Source: an uncultured Candidatus Saccharibacteria bacterium
GTDB taxonomy: Bacteria > Patescibacteriota > Minisyncoccia > Phycocordibacterales > GWA1-40-21
Assembly: GCA_964613715.1 (NCBI GenBank)
Contig: CAZTJK010000003.1
Location: forward strand, 7,322-71,321
Direction: 5' to 3'
DNA length: 64,000 nucleotides
Shown here: in pieces, positions 10,529-19,907 of the stretch
Position numbering within the stretch: the first letter of the stretch is position 1
Layout of the letters: each line of letters starts with the position of its first letter
Translations under genes and position numbers: made by a program
Notes under the pieces: model-generated
Seen by the model: only the letters and a program-made list of their open reading frames with translations
Told to the model about the DNA's origin: nothing
The model's database searches: none

Positions 10529-10822
10529 ATGAACCACACGACAAAAACCGTGCTGCATGTCATCAAGCGCCCGCATATCACCGAAAAAGCCGGTATCAAG
10601 GCCGAGTCGCAGCATGTCTATACGTTCGAAGTCCTCAAGGGATCTTCAAAGAATGATGTTGCCAAGGCGATCACCGAAATCTACAAAGTCGTTCCGGTGA
10701 AAATCAATATGGTCAACCTTCCGGCAAAGAAAGTCGCACGGGGCGGCAAGGTCGGTCATCAGGGCTCTATCAAAAAGGCGCTTGTCTTCCTGAAGAAAGG
10801 GGATAAGATAGCGTTTATGTAA
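10529..10822 (+). CDS. rplW: 50S ribosomal protein uL23
   Basis: IKRPHITEKA...YTFEV...KKALVFL; position in the S10 operon. Confidence 0.95.
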   Translation: MNHTTKTVLHVIKRPHITEKAGIKAESQHVYTFEVLKGSSKNDVAKAITEIYKVVPVKINMVNLPAKKVARGGKVGHQGSIKKALVFLKKGDKIAFM

Positions 10823-10832
10823 TTGTACTACC

Positions 10833-11684
10833 ATGAGAACCAACAGACCAACATCTCCGGGCCGCCGACACATGACATTTGTCACCTATCGCGGTGTGCT
10901 CACGGAATCAAAGCCGCTCAAAGCCCTCACGAAAGGCCAAAAAGGCCATTCCGGCCGCAATAACCGCGGACGCATCACCATGCGCCATCAGGGTGCCGGC
11001 CACAAGCAGGTATACCGCTTCGTGGACTTCATGTATGACAAAAAAGATATTCCAGCAACTGTGATGTCTGTGGAATACGATCCGTACCGCACCGGTTTCA
11101 TCGGCCTCGTAAACTATGCCGATGGCGAGAAGCGCTATACGCTCTTGCCGAAGGGTGTGAAGGCGGGCGACATGTTCCTGGTGTCCGAAAAGGCGGAGCT
11201 CAAGCCGGGCAACCGTATGCCACTCAAGAATATTCCGGTCGGTACCTTCGTGTATAACATCGAGATCAAAGTCGGCGGCGGTGCAAAGCTCGTCCGCTCG
11301 GCAGGATCATTCGCACAGATCGTCGCAAACGATGCAGGCTACGTGCATATCAAGATGCCATCGACCGAAGTCCGTAAGGTTCCGGAAAATGCATGGGCAT
11401 CGATCGGCAATGTTTCAAATGACGAGAACTGGCTCGTGAATATCGGCAAGGCAGGTCGTAGCCGCTGGATGGGTATTCGCCCGACGGTGCGCGGCTCGGT
11501 CATGAACCCGATGGATCACCCGTACGGCGGCGGCGAAGGCAAACAGGGCCGCGGCATGCGCTTTGCCAAGACCAAATGGGGTAAGCATGTCGGCAAAGGC
11601 CAGAAGTCGAGAACCCCGAAAAAGTACTCGAATTATCTGATCGTGAGCCGCAGAAAAGTAGGGAAGGCAAAGGACAATAAATAA
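10833..11684 (+). CDS. rplB: 50S ribosomal protein uL2
   Basis: GRNNRGRITMRH, EYDPYR, RPTVRGSVMNPMDHPYGGGEG. Confidence 0.98.
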   Translation: MRTNRPTSPGRRHMTFVTYRGVLTESKPLKALTKGQKGHSGRNNRGRITMRHQGAGHKQVYRFVDFMYDKKDIPATVMSVEYDPYRTGFIGLVNYADGEKRYTLLPKGVKAGDMFLVSEKAELKPGNRMPLKNIPVGTFVYNIEIKVGGGAKLVRSAGSFAQIVANDAGYVHIKMPSTEVRKVPENAWASIGNVSNDENWLVNIGKAGRSRWMGIRPTVRGSVMNPMDHPYGGGEGKQGRGMRFAKTKWGKHVGKGQKSRTPKKYSNYLIVSRRKVGKAKDNK

Positions 11685-11695
11685 GTTTCAAATCT

Positions 11696-11728
11696 AAAGC
11701 GGCGCCTTACGGCGCCGCTTTACTTTTC
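11696..11728 (+). terminator. Intrinsic terminator ending the S10 block after rplB
   Basis: AAAGCGGCGCC-ttac-GGCGCCGCTTT followed by T-rich tail. Confidence 0.8.
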
Positions 11729-11752
11729 CTGATTTTCTGCTACACTGCTTGC

Positions 11753-11826
11753 ATAAGGCCAAAGACAACCGGCGGCATATGCAGAAGTCCGGTCGAGGTC
11801 CAAACGACACTCTCTGTCGGCCTTAT
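11753..11826 (+). promoter_or_regulatory. L10 leader (ribosomal protein autoregulatory RNA)
   Basis: ATAAGGCC/GGCCTTAT closing stem with AAGACA..CCGG...CCGG.CGAGG core resembling the Rfam L10 leader; directly upstream of rplJ; TGCTACACT -10 at 11738-11746. Confidence 0.75.
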
Positions 11827-11866
11827 CGGGTCGATTTTTTTATTTCAAAAATAAAAAGGAACAAGA

Positions 11867-12358
11867 ATGGCAATTACAAAAGAAAAGAAGAAAGAACTGG
11901 TAGCGGAAATCACAAAGGCACTCGCAGGCTCGAAGTCTGCAGTCTTTGTGAATTTCCACACGCTCAATGTCACGGACGAGCAGGCGATGCGCCGCGCTCT
12001 TCGTAAAGAAGGCGTCGGCTATTTGGTGGTGAGAAAAACGCTTGCCAAGCTCGCGCTTGCGGACGCAGGCATTGCTGGCACCATGCCGGAATTCGCCGGT
12101 GAGCTCGCACTTGTCTACGGCGATGATCTGACTGCTCCGGCGCGCGAATTCTACACGTTCCAGAAGAAATACAACGGCAATGTCAAAATTGTCGGTGGCA
12201 TCTTCGATGGAAAGTACATGAATATCGCGGAAATGACCGGTATCGCAGCCATCCCGTCCCAGCAGACCTTGTACGCACAGTTCGTCAATCTCATCAATTC
12301 CCCGATCCAGCGTTTCGCGGTCGTGCTTGATCAGATTGCAAAGACGAAGACAGTATAA
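11867..12358 (+). CDS. rplJ: 50S ribosomal protein uL10
   Basis: [12 protein letters not shown]...VVRKTL...IAAIPS. Confidence 0.95.
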   Translation: MAITKEKKKELVAEITKALAGSKSAVFVNFHTLNVTDEQAMRRALRKEGVGYLVVRKTLAKLALADAGIAGTMPEFAGELALVYGDDLTAPAREFYTFQKKYNGNVKIVGGIFDGKYMNIAEMTGIAAIPSQQTLYAQFVNLINSPIQRFAVVLDQIAKTKTV

Positions 12359-12384
12359 TTTATCAACCTACACATAGAACAATC

Positions 12385-12780
12385 ATGGAAGAAAAGAAAG
12401 CAGTTGTGATTCCGGCGAAATTCGAAAAGCTTGTCGCCGAAATCGAAAAAATGTCAGTGATCGACCTCCACGAGCTCGTCAAAACGCTCGAGGAAAAGTT
12501 TGGCGTATCCGCAGCAGCAGTCGCAGTCGCGGGTCCTGCAGCAGGTGCAGCAGCGGCAGCGGAAGAGAAGACGGCCTTTACCGTCGAGCTCACCGATGCT
12601 GGCGCGCAGAAGATCGCCGTCATCAAGGTGGTCAAGGAAGCTCTCGCGCTCGGTCTTGCCGAAGCAAAGGGCATGGTAGATGCGGCTCCGAAGGTCCTCA
12701 AAGCGGACATGAAGAAGGAAGACGCGGAAAAGCTCAAAAAAGATATCGAAGCAGCGGGCGGAAAAGTTACCCTCAAGTAA
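12385..12780 (+). CDS. rplL: 50S ribosomal protein bL12 (L7/L12)
   Basis: [36 protein letters not shown]. Confidence 0.97.
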   Translation: MEEKKAVVIPAKFEKLVAEIEKMSVIDLHELVKTLEEKFGVSAAAVAVAGPAAGAAAAAEEKTAFTVELTDAGAQKIAVIKVVKEALALGLAEAKGMVDAAPKVLKADMKKEDAEKLKKDIEAAGGKVTLK

Positions 12781-12866
12781 TAATTCGGCTCCTCAATAAG
12801 AAAAGGCGGTTTTTGCGAAGCAAAAACCGCCTTTTCTTATGCGTCGTTTGCGGTATAATGTGCCCC

Positions 12867-13484
12867 ATGGAAATTTTGTCCAAGCTTTTCGGTAGCACGG
12901 CGCGGGTGAAGATCATGCGTCTATTTCTGTTCAATCCTGCTGATGCGTTCGATATGGATATGGTTGCCGAGAAATCCCATGTCGATGCCAAGACGGCGAA
13001 GCGCGAATGCGCGCTGCTTGCCCAAGCCGGTATGATCCGTCCGAAGGCATTTTTCAAGCTTACGACCCGCATGGTGCGAGGAAAGAGAGTCGAAAAGCGC
13101 CTAAAAGCGAAGGGCTATGAGCTCAATGGCCATTTCTCATATGTTGCCGGGCTCAAGCATCTCCTGATCAGCACGAAAACGCTCGAAGCGGGGGAGATTC
13201 TGAACCGGCTATCGAAAACCGGCAAATTGAAGCTGGTCATCATCGCCGGGATTTTCACGCGGGAAAAGGACAGCCGCCTCGATATCCTTATCGTCGGGGA
13301 CAATCTCAAGAAATCCGCCCTGGCGAGCGTCATCAAATCCATCGAAGCGGAGCTTGGCAAAGAGCTCCTCTACGCCTATTTCGAGACCAAGGACTTCCAA
13401 TACCGCCTCAGCATGTATGACAAGCTCGTAAAGGACGTACTCGATTATCCTCACGAGGTGCTCCTTGACCGGATGAGCCAATAA
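12867..13484 (+). CDS. Winged-helix + nucleotidyltransferase-like domain protein
   Basis: LFGSTARVKIMRLF N-terminal wHTH; GIF...SRLDILIVGD NTase-like motif; leaderless start 7 nt after TATAAT. Confidence 0.7.
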   Translation: MEILSKLFGSTARVKIMRLFLFNPADAFDMDMVAEKSHVDAKTAKRECALLAQAGMIRPKAFFKLTTRMVRGKRVEKRLKAKGYELNGHFSYVAGLKHLLISTKTLEAGEILNRLSKTGKLKLVIIAGIFTREKDSRLDILIVGDNLKKSALASVIKSIEAELGKELLYAYFETKDFQYRLSMYDKLVKDVLDYPHEVLLDRMSQ

Positions 13485-13619
13485 AACCCGCCCGGCAAGG
13501 CGGGTTTGCAATTATCCACACCTTGCTCGGGAAGCGGGCATCCGGGTGGTATAATACGGGGACAGTGGGATTATATCCGCACTAGCATTTATTAGGTTTC
13601 ATTAACAAATAATTCATTT

Positions 13620-14300
13620 ATGGTTACCTGGGCTGATGTGTTGTCTGCTTCATTGCAGAATGTATGGCTTGGCGTCGCGAATTTCATCCCGACTCTTTTG
13701 GCCGCTTTGATCATAGCGATCATCGGATGGGTCGTCGGTGCTTTGGCATTCAAGCTGGTGTCACAGCTCGTCAAATTGGCGAGAGTTGACAATGCCCTCC
13801 GGGCAGCAGGCGTGGAACGCTTTGTTGAAAAGGCCGGTTTCCGCCTCAACAGCGGCATGTTTATCGGCAAGCTCGTTGAGTGGTTCTTCGTGGTCGTATT
13901 CTTGGTCGCGTCACTCGATGTCTTGGGCTTGACCCAGGTCACGGCATTCCTCAAGGATGTCGTTCTCGGCTACTTGCCGCAGGTCATCGTGGCAGTCCTT
14001 ATCATCCTCGTTGCGGCTATTGTCGCTGAGGCCATGCAGAAAGTCGTTTCCGGCACTGCAAAGGCTGCGGATATGAAGTCGGCGAATTTCGCTGGCAAGA
14101 TCACGAAATGGGCTATCTGGATCTTCGCGATCCTCGCCGCTGTCATGCAGCTCGGCATTGCCGTTTCGTTCATCAACACCCTCTTTACGGGCATTATCAT
14201 AGCGGTATCGCTTGCTCTCGGCCTTTCATTTGGCCTTGGCGGTCAGGATGCTGCTGCGAAGTACATCGAAAAGGTAAAAGGAGAAATCGCAGAGCGCTAA
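13620..14300 (+). CDS. Conserved TM-helix repeat protein (MscS/CmpX-related)
   Basis: FIPTLLAALIIAIIG and YLPQVIVAVLII repeats; GLSFGLGG motif. Confidence 0.8.
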   Translation: MVTWADVLSASLQNVWLGVANFIPTLLAALIIAIIGWVVGALAFKLVSQLVKLARVDNALRAAGVERFVEKAGFRLNSGMFIGKLVEWFFVVVFLVASLDVLGLTQVTAFLKDVVLGYLPQVIVAVLIILVAAIVAEAMQKVVSGTAKAADMKSANFAGKITKWAIWIFAILAAVMQLGIAVSFINTLFTGIIIAVSLALGLSFGLGGQDAAAKYIEKVKGEIAER

Positions 14301-14474
14301 GCTCCGGTTTCATCTCGAAAAAAGCCGAAACGTATCGTTTCGGCTTTTTTCATTTTCATTTCGCGAACAATTACAAGGCATTTTCTGCGCATATTACTTT
14401 ACAAATATCATAAAGAGATTTCTTCTGCATATTTTTTATTGACGTGCGTGGGAGAGGAGTATAATTGAAGATGA

Positions 14475-14597
14475 GGATTACGAGTAAAGCATTATCCTCG
14501 TAAAAACATTTTAAGGGAGACTAACTTTTGCTGCGCCGTGGCGTATCATCGAGGTCACCCACCTAGAATATCTAGGGTAATGCTTATCTGGTAATCC
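14475..14597 (+). ncRNA. 6S RNA-like non-coding RNA
   Basis: Upstream TTGACG/TATAAT; rod structure GGATTAC..AAGCATTATCCT pairing with AGGGTAATGCTT..GTAATCC; A-rich central bubble; inner stem GGG.GAC/GTC.CCC; terminator at 14606-14637. Confidence 0.7.
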
Positions 14598-14605
14598 GTA
14601 AGAGT

Positions 14606-14637
14606 ATCCGTCCGCATTCCGGACGGATTTTCTTTTT
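14606..14637 (+). terminator. Intrinsic terminator of the 6S-like RNA
   Basis: ATCCGTCCG-cattc-CGGACGGAT plus T tract. Confidence 0.8.
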
Positions 14638-14660
14638 CACTCCGTGGTATAATAGCCGCA

Positions 14661-15080
14661 ATGCTCCAGAAAAAACTGCTATTCCTCTCCGTCATTTCCA
14701 TTATGGTGATCGCCGTAGTGCATATCGTTTCTCTGCGCCTGTCCTGGTACTATACGCATCCATGGATGGACATCGTAATCCATATTCTTGGCGGTTTTTG
14801 GGTCGCGGCGACGGCGCTCTGGATGGCACTTCGCTTCGGGCATATTGATACGATCGTCAATTATCGCCGTAAGGCCTTCTTCATCTCCTTTGCGGCGGTA
14901 TTTTTGGTCGGCATTGCATGGGAAATGTTCGAGCTGCTCTCCGGCAATACGTTCCTGCACTCGGCGAATTTCGCTACCGATTCGCTTTCCGATATTCTCG
15001 ACAATTTCATCGGCTGTTTTTTCGCCTTTTTGTATGCAATCAGGATGAAGCGTTGCCGGGACGGCTTTATCTGCGAATAA
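14661..15080 (+). CDS. Membrane protein (VanZ/DUF2238-like)
   Basis: WMDIVIHILGG, WEMFE, DSLSDIL motifs; 4 TM helices. Confidence 0.65.
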   Translation: MLQKKLLFLSVISIMVIAVVHIVSLRLSWYYTHPWMDIVIHILGGFWVAATALWMALRFGHIDTIVNYRRKAFFISFAAVFLVGIAWEMFELLSGNTFLHSANFATDSLSDILDNFIGCFFAFLYAIRMKRCRDGFICE

Positions 15081-15087
15081 TTTTCTT

Positions 15088-16446
15088 ATGAAAATCACTT
15101 TTTATGGCGGGACGGGCAGTGTGACAGGGGCGAATTTTCTTGTTGAGCATGCAGGCTTGAAACTGCTCGTCGATTGCGGCCTGATGCAGGGGACCGAAGC
15201 CGCGGAATCTTTCAATCGCGATCCATTTCCGTACGATCCAGCTTCAGTTGACGTACTGGTTATCACGCATGCGCATATCGACCATATCGGCCGTATTCCA
15301 AAGCTCGTGCGAGACGGCTTCCGCGGGAAAATAATCAGCACGCCGCCGACGAAAGACATTTCGCATCTCCTGCTGCTTGATACTGCCGCGATCCTCGATG
15401 CCGAGTCTCGCCGTTCAGGCGTGCTTGCGCTCTTCGGAGACAAGGATGTCGAAGAAGCGATGAAGCTCTGGGAAACGCTGCCGTATCATACGCCGCGCGA
15501 TGTAGGTGAGGGTGTATCGATCTATTTGCGCGATTCAGGGCATATTCTTGGAGCATCCATGGTGGAAATAAGCACAGCTGGCACGAAAGCAGTATTTACG
15601 GGAGACCTCGGCAATTCGCCGTCGCTGTTGCTGAATGACACGGAAGATATTACCGATGCGAATTATATCGTCATGGAAAGCGTCTATGGCGACCGCAATC
15701 ACCAGTCGAAAGCCGAGCGCCAGGCCAAGCTTAAGGAAATCATCGCCGATACCATCGCGAACAAGCGGACGCTCATCATCCCGGCATTTTCCGTCGAACG
15801 CACCCAGCAGATGCTTTACGAGATGAATGAATTCTTTGAAGAGGACGGGCTTGCCGAAGTGCCGGTATTCTTGGATTCGCCACTTGCCATCAAGGTGACC
15901 AAGCTCTATGAGAAATACTCGTCCTATTTAAATGAGCATGTGCGTGACCAAATTGCCGAGGGAGATAAGGTATTCCGCTTCCCGAAGCTCAAGCTCACCA
16001 CGCTTTCCCAGGATTCGGCGAAGATCGAGCATACGGCGAGTCCCAAGATCATCATGGCCGGCAGCGGGATGTCCAATGGCGGCCGTATCGTGCACCATGA
16101 AAAGGATCATGCAGGCGATCCAAATGCCGTGATCCTGTTCGTTGGCTATCAGGCGGTTGGTACTTTGGGCAGGCAGCTCGAAGATGGGGCGAAGATGGTG
16201 AAGATAGACGGACAAGAAATCCGCGTGCGCGCAAGTATCAAGAAAATCGAAGGCTATTCCTCGCATAAGGATTCCGATCATCTCGTGTCATTTGTGGAGA
16301 CCGCTGCGCAAAGCGGCAAGTTAAAAAAGGTATTCACGGTCATGGGCGAGCCGAAATCATCGCTTTTTCTCGTCCAGCGCTTGCGCGACGATATCAATGT
16401 GCAAGGCGAGTATCCGGAGTATGGCGAAAGCATAGAATTAATCTGA
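15088..16446 (+). CDS. MBL-fold beta-CASP ribonuclease
   Basis: THAHIDHIG, GHILG, ESVYGDR, PAFSVERTQ, GSGMSNGGR, YSSHKD. Confidence 0.93.
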   Translation: MKITFYGGTGSVTGANFLVEHAGLKLLVDCGLMQGTEAAESFNRDPFPYDPASVDVLVITHAHIDHIGRIPKLVRDGFRGKIISTPPTKDISHLLLLDTAAILDAESRRSGVLALFGDKDVEEAMKLWETLPYHTPRDVGEGVSIYLRDSGHILGASMVEISTAGTKAVFTGDLGNSPSLLLNDTEDITDANYIVMESVYGDRNHQSKAERQAKLKEIIADTIANKRTLIIPAFSVERTQQMLYEMNEFFEEDGLAEVPVFLDSPLAIKVTKLYEKYSSYLNEHVRDQIAEGDKVFRFPKLKLTTLSQDSAKIEHTASPKIIMAGSGMSNGGRIVHHEKDHAGDPNAVILFVGYQAVGTLGRQLEDGAKMVKIDGQEIRVRASIKKIEGYSSHKDSDHLVSFVETAAQSGKLKKVFTVMGEPKSSLFLVQRLRDDINVQGEYPEYGESIELI

Positions 16447-16529
16447 TTCTAGAGCTCTTTTTGACAAGGCTTTTTCTTTTGCTAGACTGATATCGTTGTT
16501 CTTTACTACATCGCGAAAGGAGTCGTGCA

Positions 16530-16691
16530 ATGTCAGCAGTACAAGCAAAAAGTGATTATGTCATCGCTCACATCGACACAGCATGCGATGGTTGCGAGCG
16601 AACGATTCCTCAAGGTACGGAGCATATTGTGATCATTCATAATATTGGTGGGGTTGAAGTTCCGCTCCACTACTGCCTGTTGTGTAATTAA
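16530..16691 (+). CDS. 53-aa CxxC...CxxC zinc-ribbon microprotein (not in the ORF track)
   Basis: MSAVQAKSDYVIAHIDTACDGCERTIPQGTEHIVIIHNIGGVEVPLHYCLLCN; AAAGGAG SD and TTGACA/TGCTAGACT promoter upstream. Confidence 0.7.
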   Translation: MSAVQAKSDYVIAHIDTACDGCERTIPQGTEHIVIIHNIGGVEVPLHYCLLCN

Positions 16692-16771
16692 AAACTGCGT
16701 CAAAAAAGATGCAGTTTTTTCTATATACATAAAAAAACGAGGGACAGATCATCCCTCGTTTATAGAGCTGC

Positions 16772-17875
16772 CTAGACAGCGACCAATTCCTGTTTCTCTA
16801 GAAGCATATCAGCGGCCTTCTTCAGCGCTGCGTATGCCTCCGGCGTATGTGCTCCTGCCGCCTCAAGCATAGCCGGTAGCTCGGCCGGGTCCGAAAACAG
16901 CGTGAGCGCATGTTCCCAGATAACCTTGCTCGCCTCGATTTTTCTCGAGACTATCTTGAAGTGAGCCAGGCATTCCCGGAGATTAGGCGTTGTAAGCGCT
17001 TTAACCTTGCATTCTTCGCCGACAAGCCTGTCGTACGTTTCTTGCACAACCAAGTACCGTTTGATTTCATCCGGGTTCGGATAGCTCGCGAGCTTTTTCC
17101 GATAGTCCTCAAGCGTCTGCAGCGGCTCGAATTGTTTCTCGAGCTTGGCATAGAAGAGATTATGGCCTTTCATCCGTACCTCTTCATGCAGATCCTTGAA
17201 TCGATCATACGAGATCGTCCCAAGGAGCATTACGCATTTCTTCTGCGTATCCGCAAGCGGGATTTTTCTCTTGATTTCAAGAGCCTCAAGCCCAGTTTCT
17301 TTTTTCAGCACTCTTGCTTCAAGCCCCGGGTCATATCCGAGGATCCTGTCCCGGATTTTCTTGCACGCTTTTGCGGTCTTCGCTTTTTCAAGAAACGCAG
17401 CGAGTTCCGCATTGAATTTCCGAGCGCTTTCCTCTTTTGCTTTCGTATGACCTGGTGCCTGCTCGTAAATACGCTCGTATTGCCGCATGGTTGTTGCGGC
17501 AGCGAGCTTTGGCAAAAGATCATCCGACAATAACTTATCCCGCTTTTCTGTGGCGAATGACTGCCCACTCGAGAGATAGTCCGGATATTTCTTCCGGATT
17601 TTCTCAATATCTGCTGGCGTATCCGCTTTTTTTACTTCTCTGATAAGACGATCATCCAAGAGATCATCGCGTTTACGTTCCGTCTTCCGTCTGAAGCTTT
17701 CGTCCGGAGCTGTGTCGATAAGCGCCTGGCATTGTTCCGGAGTCTCGGCCGCTTCGAATTGCGACTTCAGATCCGGCTTCAGCCCGAGAGCGATCTCGAT
17801 TTCTCCCATGATGCCTTTGCCGTTACCGGCAGACATTGCGAGCGCGTGCAGAACCAGCTTATTGTAAGAAGACAT
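16772..17875 (-). CDS. Hypothetical alpha-helical repeat protein
   Basis: Long ORF; AGGAGG SD before the ATG at 17875; degenerate ~40-aa repeats. Confidence 0.75.
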   Translation of the reverse strand: MSSYNKLVLHALAMSAGNGKGIMGEIEIALGLKPDLKSQFEAAETPEQCQALIDTAPDESFRRKTERKRDDLLDDRLIREVKKADTPADIEKIRKKYPDYLSSGQSFATEKRDKLLSDDLLPKLAAATTMRQYERIYEQAPGHTKAKEESARKFNAELAAFLEKAKTAKACKKIRDRILGYDPGLEARVLKKETGLEALEIKRKIPLADTQKKCVMLLGTISYDRFKDLHEEVRMKGHNLFYAKLEKQFEPLQTLEDYRKKLASYPNPDEIKRYLVVQETYDRLVGEECKVKALTTPNLRECLAHFKIVSRKIEASKVIWEHALTLFSDPAELPAMLEAAGAHTPEAYAALKKAADMLLEKQELVAV

Positions 17876-17977
17876 ACACTTCCTCCTTTGTGAATGAACT
17901 GCTGTTACTGATTTTGATACTACTCTTAGGCCGGCTCTTGTCAATGAATGAAAAAACCGCCTTTCGGCGGCATTTCT

Positions 17978-18322
17978 TTATTTCGAGTGAGCGAGGATTC
18001 GCTTGAAGGCTTCCGGATGCGCGTCAGCGATCTCGGCGAGGACCTTGCGGTCGAGCTCGATGTTCTTCTTCTTGAGTGCGCCGATGAATTTGCTGTAGCT
18101 TGCACCTTGTTCGTGGAGCGCTGCGTTGATGCGGACATTCCAGAGTCTGCGGAAATCGCCCTTCTTGTCGCGGCGGCCTTCGAAGGCATTCGCGCCGGCA
18201 TGCATGATTGCGTCGATCGCTGCCGCTTCCTTGTTTCTGCGGTTCAGGCGATAGCCCTTGGTTTGCAGAAGTGTATTCTTTCTGCGCTTGTTCTTGATGA
18301 CGCCTCGTTTGACTCGTGACAT
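17978..18322 (-). CDS. rplT: 50S ribosomal protein bL20
   Basis: MSRVKRG...FRRLWNVRINAA...LDRKVLAEIA. Confidence 0.97.
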   Translation of the reverse strand: MSRVKRGVIKNKRRKNTLLQTKGYRLNRRNKEAAAIDAIMHAGANAFEGRRDKKGDFRRLWNVRINAALHEQGASYSKFIGALKKKNIELDRKVLAEIADAHPEAFKRILAHSK

Positions 18323-18349
18323 GGTGGTAGTTTTACGGTTTCCTGGTAA

Positions 18350-18538
18350 TTAAAACATTCCCGGCAAAAAGCGTGCTTTTGCCCGTGCGGTAAAATGGAG
18401 CTGCATCGCCTTCTTCTTGCCGAGCTGGCTCTTGCGGCTCTCCTTGGCATTGAAATGGTCCTGACCTGCTTTGCGGCCGAGGATCTTTCCGTTGCGCGTC
18501 ACTTTCAAGCGCTTGGTGAATGATTTGTTGGTTTTCAT
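18350..18538 (-). CDS. rpmI: 50S ribosomal protein bL35
   Basis: MKTNKSFTKRLKVTRNGK; lies between infC and rplT. Confidence 0.93.
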   Translation of the reverse strand: MKTNKSFTKRLKVTRNGKILGRKAGQDHFNAKESRKSQLGKKKAMQLHFTARAKARFLPGMF

Positions 18539-18548
18539 ATTGGTTTGC

Positions 18549-19067
18549 TTATTTCTTGGTGCCTTTCTCAAGCATCATCGTAAATCCTTTCGGACTTTTC
18601 TGCGGCTCTTCCGCGATACGATACTCGGTACTGATCAGCTTGAGTATGCGGGCCATGCGTTCCTTGAGGAATTTCTGGTCCAAATACTTGGCGCGCCCCG
18701 AGAGAAAGAGATTGAGCCGTACCCGGTGCCCTTCCGAGAGCCATTCGGAGGCCTTGGCTGCCTTCATGGCGAGATCGTGCTCGTCAGTGGCGATTTTGAC
18801 CTGAATGCTCTTGATTTCGACGTTCTGGACCTTGGCTTTCGACTCCTTCAGCTTCTTATTTTCAGCGTATTGAAATCTACCATAATCGGCGATTTTTGCA
18901 ACCGGCGGCACGGCGTTCGGCGAGATCTCGATGAGGTCAAGCCCCATCTCGACCGCCCGCTTCAAAGCCTCGCTTGTCGGCAATATGCCGAGGTTCTGGC
19001 CATCTTCAGTAATGACGCGCAATTCCGGCACGCGTATCTGATGATTCACTCGTACTTTCGTATTCAA
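18549..19067 (-). CDS. infC: Translation initiation factor IF-3 (non-ATG start)
   Basis: VNHQIRVPELRVI, GLDLIEISPNAVPPVAKIADYG; TTG (or an upstream ATA/ATC) start. Confidence 0.95.
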   Translation of the reverse strand: MNTKVRVNHQIRVPELRVITEDGQNLGILPTSEALKRAVEMGLDLIEISPNAVPPVAKIADYGRFQYAENKKLKESKAKVQNVEIKSIQVKIATDEHDLAMKAAKASEWLSEGHRVRLNLFLSGRAKYLDQKFLKERMARILKLISTEYRIAEEPQKSPKGFTMMLEKGTKK

Positions 19068-19162
19068 TGTCGTAAAATTGATTATGCTGTCCTGCCGAAT
19101 GCGCGCGAAGGAGCGTTCGAATCAGGCCCTATTTGTATCATATTTTTGCCGTTCCGGCAATA

Positions 19163-19789
19163 TTATGCCAACGGATGATGCCAATGCCTGGTCACATGAT
19201 CTGCAAAAATATATGCGATGCATCCGACGAGTATCCCGCCAATGACATCCGAAGCGAAATGTACCGACAGATACATGCGGCTTGCTGCGATCAGTGAAAA
19301 GAGTAGTACGCTGAAAATCGCCGTTATAATCTTCATGCTTTTATTTTTTATGAGCGGCAGAAACAACAGCAGTGCGGAGAAAAGGAAAATCGTGGCGATC
19401 GTCGCATGGGCGCTCGGAAAGCTGTAGCCGCTTTCGGCAAGCAAGGTGCTTGCCGGTCGCACCCGCGCGATCGTTATTTTCAGAAATTCCGACATCGAAA
19501 TGCCGATGCCGGCCGCGATCGTGAATACGTACCAGTCATGCTTCTTTTTATGGGCGGCCAGGATTAGGCTGCCAATCAGAAAGATGAATGCCGCTTGCGC
19601 CGGGTCGCCAAGTGTCGTGAGTGTAAGCATAATGCGATCAAGAAGGGGAGTATGGGTGGCTGCCATGCTGGCTGCGATGTGTGCGTCGAATGCGGCAAGC
19701 CACGCGACATGGGCTGATACAAGAAAAAGGAGCGTGATGAATGCAAGTGTAAGGAATGTAAGCAATGAATATATTCCGTTTTGGCGCAT
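19163..19789 (-). CDS. PAP2 family phosphatase
   Basis: K...RVRP, YSFPSAH, SRMYLSVHFASDV. Confidence 0.92.
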   Translation of the reverse strand: MRQNGIYSLLTFLTLAFITLLFLVSAHVAWLAAFDAHIAASMAATHTPLLDRIMLTLTTLGDPAQAAFIFLIGSLILAAHKKKHDWYVFTIAAGIGISMSEFLKITIARVRPASTLLAESGYSFPSAHATIATIFLFSALLLFLPLIKNKSMKIITAIFSVLLFSLIAASRMYLSVHFASDVIGGILVGCIAYIFADHVTRHWHHPLA

Positions 19790-19907
19790 GGACAGATTGT
19801 AGCAAAAAGAAAGGGCCGCAGCGAAGTTTGTGCTTCGTGCGGCCCTGCGGCGTGTGTGCCCTGCAATCCCTCCCTGAAGGAGATTGCGAGCGTGAGCGCC
19901 AGGACTG

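Noticed and set aside
13512-13523. Replication origin
   Set aside because: DnaA boxes are single and far apart; no box cluster, DUE or dnaA/dnaN nearby
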